Assembly: GCF_000142905.1 (NCBI RefSeq)
Contig: NW_013657653.1
Coordinates: 228,392 to 292,391 of the forward strand
Source of the DNA: Thecamonas trahens ATCC 50062
Taxonomy: Eukaryota > Protista > Apusomonadida
Direction: 5' to 3'
Length of the DNA stretch: 64,000 bases
Of the stretch, positions 59,536 through 64,000 are shown in pieces. The translations under genes and the position numbers were made by a program. The notes below the pieces were generated by a model. It saw nothing but the letters and a program-made list of their open reading frames with translations, was not told the origin of the DNA and did not search any database. Within the stretch, counting starts at the first letter, position 1. Each line of letters starts with the position of its first letter.

Positions 59536-62500
59536 TTACTTGCCGTCGCTGCTGGCGACTGTCGACTCGAGCATTTCCCGTGCAGTTGCGAGGAACTTGT
59601 TCCCGCTCATGGCCTCCTTGGCGAGGAGATCACGGAGGCTGGCGACGTTGCGCAAGACGTCCATGCTCTCACTCCGCGACATTTTGGTGTTGACAAAGAA
59701 CACGATGTGTCCGAGCAGGACGTAGGTACAGTTCTCGATGATGTACATGAGGACGGCCTTGGTCGTGGTCAGCGCAGCCTGGTCAGCAGCCGGCGAATCT
59801 CCGATGGCATCCACCATGTCGACACAGAGCCGCGTCGCGCCGACGAGTACCGACATGGACGGCAGCTGCGAGCTGTGCTCCGATCGCGGCGCAAATGAGA
59901 TCTTGACCGACGAGAGCAGGACGTCGCCGTTGTACATGCCGCGGACGTCCGGTGCCAGCCGAGTCACCACGCCCACACACGACCGCAGAACCACAAGCAG
60001 CCGCTTTTGCACCAGCGCCACCAGCGGGTTGGCGTCAAAGACACCATTCGATGAACTGCTCTTGGCCTCTGTCGGCGCTTTCCTTGCAGCCGTTGCGACA
60101 TCAGTGTTGAGTGCTACCAGCGCGTCCGCCAGCGCCGGCTTGCCGGTTCCCAGCAGGCCGCCCACGGTGTACTGCTCCTCGCTGAGGAGCTGGCGGACAT
60201 CACGGCGGCGCGCGTACGACACGCGGTCGCGTGTCAATGTTTGGGCCGCGGCAGCGCCGCCCTTTTCTCTCTTGCTGCTCTCGTCGCGTGCCCGGTTCGA
60301 GAGCTTGTACTCGGCGTGGGTGACCGGGACCACCAGCGCCGCAAGCGTGCCCGACTCGCGGAGGAGGTGAACAGCATCAGTGAGGAGCGCAGTCATCCGC
60401 GCCTGGTGCGCCGCAGCTGCGCCCGGCACCACAAACTGCCACCGCTGCACAAACTCAGGCTGCGAGAGCACGTACAGCAGGCCGGCGACACGCTGCATCT
60501 CCTCGAGCTTGGCGAGCGTGAGTGACGACGGAGCATTCGGCGAGGTGTCCTCCATCGCCACCATCGGGTTTGTCTCGACAAAGAGCGCCCTGGCCAGCGC
60601 ATGCTGGTGGAGCGCTACAAACTCGAGCGCGGCATCGGCGACGCTCTCTTCAAACGGCAGCGACTGGAGGACCATGGTGACGAGCGCGAGCGTTTGGCAC
60701 CAGACTGCGTGCCACCCGTTGCGCTCTCCACTCTCGAGGTAGATCGCGAGCCCGTGCTCGCCCGGCCCCTGGCCGAACAGCGGGTGCGACGCGAGCTTCG
60801 CGAGCAGTCCCTCGTGGACAAGCGCCGCGGCGCCGGCTGCAGAGGAGGCAAACGAGAGGAACATGTCAAGGATGATCTCGGCGAGGTCCGGCGTCTCCAT
60901 GTACCGCACTTGCCGCACAAGCGCAGCGACGAGCGTCGCCACGGTGGCATTCTGTGCGAGCACCTCGACGTTCCGCGCCGGCTTGCGCTGCGACGGCACA
61001 GAGAGGAGCGCGTCGAGCGCAGCAACTCCAACCCGGAGCATGCCGTCATCGCCCGCAAACAGCGCAACCGTCTCGCACAGCAGCGGAAGTAGGAGTTCGT
61101 GGTCGACAAATGGCTTCGATGCCTCGCTGTTGCTAGGAACTGGCTCGGCCCCGCTGCCAGACTCGGCGCCACGCGGAGTGTATCGAAGGAGAATGACAAG
61201 GGCCGTGACCAGAGGCGGGAGGAGCGGCGGCACGCCCGCAGCCTTCTCGGTCCGATACACCACCAGCTGCTTGTCCAGCGTCACCCGGAGCTTGCTGACA
61301 AGAACGGCAGCGTTGGCGGCCGTGAGCGGCCTGGCCGTCCGCGGCAGCGGCGCGAGCTGCGGCACGTCGTGGAGCAGCGAGTCACCAGAAAGGCGCGCCG
61401 AGACACCAAGTGTCCACTCGGAGATAAGCGAGAGAAACATGTCCATGATCTCGAGCAGCATGGCCTCGACGACCCGGTCGTCGCCTGCATGATCGGCCAC
61501 GACAGAGGCGAGCAGGTCGAGGACGTTAAAGTACCACCCCGCCGCGGCAGCCTTTTTGGCGCCACTCTCGTCAGCGTCGTTGAACAGCTGGCGCGCCGAG
61601 GCCGCCGGCGCCTCACCGTCGGCGCCACCTGCTTTCGGCTTGGGTGCCGGCGAGGCGGTGAAGAGCCACGGATGGCGGAAGACGAGAGACTCCATAAACA
61701 GCGCCAGCGCCTTGACGACCGCGCACTCGGCATCGGCAAGCGACCACGCAAGGTTGGCCACAGGGAGCAGCTCAAAGAGGTCGCGGACGTTGTCTTCGTG
61801 GCGCTGCGGCGCAAACTTCTTGGCCAGCAGCGAGGTATCGTACACATAGTCGGCACCAAACGAGTGCGACGGCGTGCGGAGCGTCTTAAAGTTACCCAGC
61901 GAGATGCCGAGGCGCGATGCCGCAGTGCGAAGCTCAGCCACAACCGACGGCTCAAACGAAGTCGCCATGAACGGCTTCATCCACACCTCCCACTTGGTCT
62001 TGGTTGCCAACTCGTTGATGACACCCACTAGCGAGGCGTCGATGCCGAACGGTGTTCGGTGGTAGAGCTCGAGCGCCACAATCTGGAGCGCCCAGGTCTG
62101 GCACGCAAGCTGATAGCACCGCGAGACCGCGGTCTCCGCTGGCAGGCCTTCGCCCTCGCCCTCGTCCACTGGCTTGAAGAGGTCGTCCGGCAGCGGGTTG
62201 GGCTTGCCTAGCAACGGTGCACAGACCGACCGCCAAAAGTCCGGTAGCTCGCGGAGGACCTGGATGATGCCGCGCGAGTGCGACGAACCCCAGAGCGAGT
62301 ACAGCAGCGCGAGTGCCCGCTCAAACAGCCGCGGCTGTTGGGTAAACGCCTTGGGCGCGTGCTTGAGGAGTTTGGTAATCATCGAGAGGCCCGAGGTGAC
62401 TCCCACCTTGGACCTGGGCGGCTGCTTGGTCTTGGCCTTGGCCTTCTCGTCCGCCGCAATCCCCTTGGCGGTGCCACTCTCGCCAACTTCGTCGTTGAGG

Positions 62501-64000
62501 AGCAGCTGCGCAAGGCCAGGCTGGGTCTCGAGCGCGGTCGACATGAGGTTGAGAATGGCGATGCGGACGGCCTCGTCCTCAGCACTCGACTTGAGGCGGT
62601 TGACAAAGGTGTCGCGGAAGATGGGTGCGTCGGCGCCAAAGTAGCCCAGGATCGACGGCGACGGCCGCGAGGCGAGCGAGATGGTGCAGATTTGCGAGAG
62701 TGTGTCAACGGCAAGAACGGTTACACGCGGCGCGTACGGGTAGTTGATGTACGACGCGATGGCGGCAATGAGCGAGAGTTCGTCGCCACCGACAGTCCGT
62801 GAGAGGAGCGATGTGCGGAGCGCGGCGTTGGCCTCCTGCACAGACGGGTCAAAGAGGAGAAAGTGGAGGACCTCAAAGGCGGAGATGATCATGGCCTCGA
62901 CAGCCTGCGCTTCGCGAGTTCGCCGTGCAGCAAACAGCGCCTCCACAGCGTGCGGCCCCATGCCGATGACGGTGAGGAGGGCATGATGGAGCGAGCCGTC
63001 GTGCATAAAGGCGTCGACAAGCGAGTCCTTGAGCGAGAACGGCGCCGCGTCGGCCGCACCGGGCTCGGCCACTGCCATGGCCACCACCGAGTCGTCGCTC
63101 GAGGTGTCGTACAGGATCTCGGCAAAAATAGCAAGAATCTTGGTTCCGATCTCCCATCGCTGGAGAACCGACCGGTAGCGCCAGCCGTCGTAGTACGCAA
63201 ATACCTCGGTGCGGAGGTAGTCGACCGCCGGCGCGAGAGCGGCAAACGAAAGTGTTGTTCGCGGCGCATGCCTGCTGTGAAACTCGCCATCGACCGGGCT
63301 CGAGAGATGGCAGTTGACAAGGAGCGTCGAGATGAGGTCGAGAAAGGCCAGCGTCATCGAGTACTCGCCGTTGGGCACCTCAGTGTTGTGTAGAATGCGC
63401 TGCAGCGCCGACCGCATGCCGCCGCCGGCAGCACCCGTGGCAAAAGCCTCCTCCTGCGGCGCGTACGACGGGAGAAAGTCAGAGTACTGCAGCCGCTCCC
63501 AGACTTCGGTCGGATGGGCGAGGGCAAAGTACGAGACGCACGAAAGCGCGGCGGTGAGCATGTCCAGCGGCGGATCCGAGTACGCGCCACAGAGCGAGAG
63601 AATCGGGAATAGGAGCGGGAGAAAGTGCTTGATGGGCGCCGGCGAGCCGAGGAGCTTGCCCAGCGCCGGGTTGGCGCGACCGAAGGCCTCCGGCTCGGCG
63701 TATGCTGCAGGGAACATGTTGTCGAGGCTCGGTTGCTGCTCCAACAGCCGTGCCATCAGCTGCAGAATACAGGTGACGCTTTCGACGAGGTCGAGCGCCG
63801 GTGCGCCGTCACACACGCTCTTGGCAAACTTGGCGAGCGTGGCGTAGAGGACGTGCCAAGCCGAGTAGCGGATGTGGAACTGGATGGTGAGCGGCATGTC
63901 GGGCTCCGAGAGCCGAACACCGACTGTTCCGGCCGGCAGCGTGATGTTGAGCGCATTGCCGAGGTCAATGTCGTGGAGGGTGTAGTACTCGACTTCTTCG
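59536..64000 (-). CDS. NUP188: Nucleoporin Nup188 (5' part outside window)
   Basis: >1450-aa helical solenoid; YSAW, EVPNGEYSMTLAFLDLI, GWRY...RWEIG.KIL, SILGYFG, ALETQPGL and WHAVWC. Confidence 0.8.
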   Translation of the reverse strand, partial: EEVEYYTLHDIDLGNALNITLPAGTVGVRLSEPDMPLTIQFHIRYSAWHVLYATLAKFAKSVCDGAPALDLVESVTCILQLMARLLEQQPSLDNMFPAAYAEPEAFGRANPALGKLLGSPAPIKHFLPLLFPILSLCGAYSDPPLDMLTAALSCVSYFALAHPTEVWERLQYSDFLPSYAPQEEAFATGAAGGGMRSALQRILHNTEVPNGEYSMTLAFLDLISTLLVNCHLSSPVDGEFHSRHAPRTTLSFAALAPAVDYLRTEVFAYYDGWRYRSVLQRWEIGTKILAIFAEILYDTSSDDSVVAMAVAEPGAADAAPFSLKDSLVDAFMHDGSLHHALLTVIGMGPHAVEALFAARRTREAQAVEAMIISAFEVLHFLLFDPSVQEANAALRTSLLSRTVGGDELSLIAAIASYINYPYAPRVTVLAVDTLSQICTISLASRPSPSILGYFGADAPIFRDTFVNRLKSSAEDEAVRIAILNLMSTALETQPGLAQLLLNDEVGESGTAKGIAADEKAKAKTKQPPRSKVGVTSGLSMITKLLKHAPKAFTQQPRLFERALALLYSLWGSSHSRGIIQVLRELPDFWRSVCAPLLGKPNPLPDDLFKPVDEGEGEGLPAETAVSRCYQLACQTWALQIVALELYHRTPFGIDASLVGVINELATKTKWEVWMKPFMATSFEPSVVAELRTAASRLGISLGNFKTLRTPSHSFGADYVYDTSLLAKKFAPQRHEDNVRDLFELLPVANLAWSLADAECAVVKALALFMESLVFRHPWLFTASPAPKPKAGGADGEAPAASARQLFNDADESGAKKAAAAGWYFNVLDLLASVVADHAGDDRVVEAMLLEIMDMFLSLISEWTLGVSARLSGDSLLHDVPQLAPLPRTARPLTAANAAVLVSKLRVTLDKQLVVYRTEKAAGVPPLLPPLVTALVILLRYTPRGAESGSGAEPVPSNSEASKPFVDHELLLPLLCETVALFAGDDGMLRVGVAALDALLSVPSQRKPARNVEVLAQNATVATLVAALVRQVRYMETPDLAEIILDMFLSFASSAAGAAALVHEGLLAKLASHPLFGQGPGEHGLAIYLESGERNGWHAVWCQTLALVTMVLQSLPFEESVADAALEFVALHQHALARALFVETNPMVAMEDTSPNAPSSLTLAKLEEMQRVAGLLYVLSQPEFVQRWQFVVPGAAAAHQARMTALLTDAVHLLRESGTLAALVVPVTHAEYKLSNRARDESSKREKGGAAAAQTLTRDRVSYARRRDVRQLLSEEQYTVGGLLGTGKPALADALVALNTDVATAARKAPTEAKSSSSNGVFDANPLVALVQKRLLVVLRSCVGVVTRLAPDVRGMYNGDVLLSSVKISFAPRSEHSSQLPSMSVLVGATRLCVDMVDAIGDSPAADQAALTTTKAVLMYIIENCTYVLLGHIVFFVNTKMSRSESMDVLRNVASLRDLLAKEAMSGNKFLATAREMLESTVASSDGK

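Overview
Gene-dense, GC-rich nuclear DNA from a flagellated unicellular eukaryote: it has spliceosomal GT-AG introns, delta-tubulin, KATNIP, Nup188 and CHMP7. The compactness, GC-rich third codon positions and protein families resemble an apusomonad such as Thecamonas, but that attribution is inference only. About 33 protein-coding genes are packed largely as alternating convergent/divergent pairs, with six N-gaps, all in G/C-run tracts. I see no rRNA, tRNA, CRISPR array or transposase. Many ORFs in the supplied track are antisense or out-of-frame shadows; I rebuilt 12 single 5'-proximal introns and 5 one-base frameshifts by eye. Main points of interest: (1) a helix-dense ~400-nt candidate ncRNA at 29.1-29.5 kb; (2) five genes each missing exactly one base at a sense-strand C run (most likely homopolymer assembly error, but insertional editing or -1 recoding is testable); (3) a pentraxin + FBXL4-like + cysteine-rich + multi-TM receptor-like protein; (4) a minimal LRR-only tropomodulin; (5) head-to-head genes whose ATGs overlap in one CATG; (6) a strict CTCAY branch site; (7) a duplicated, unrecognised 43-aa motif in an orphan protein.
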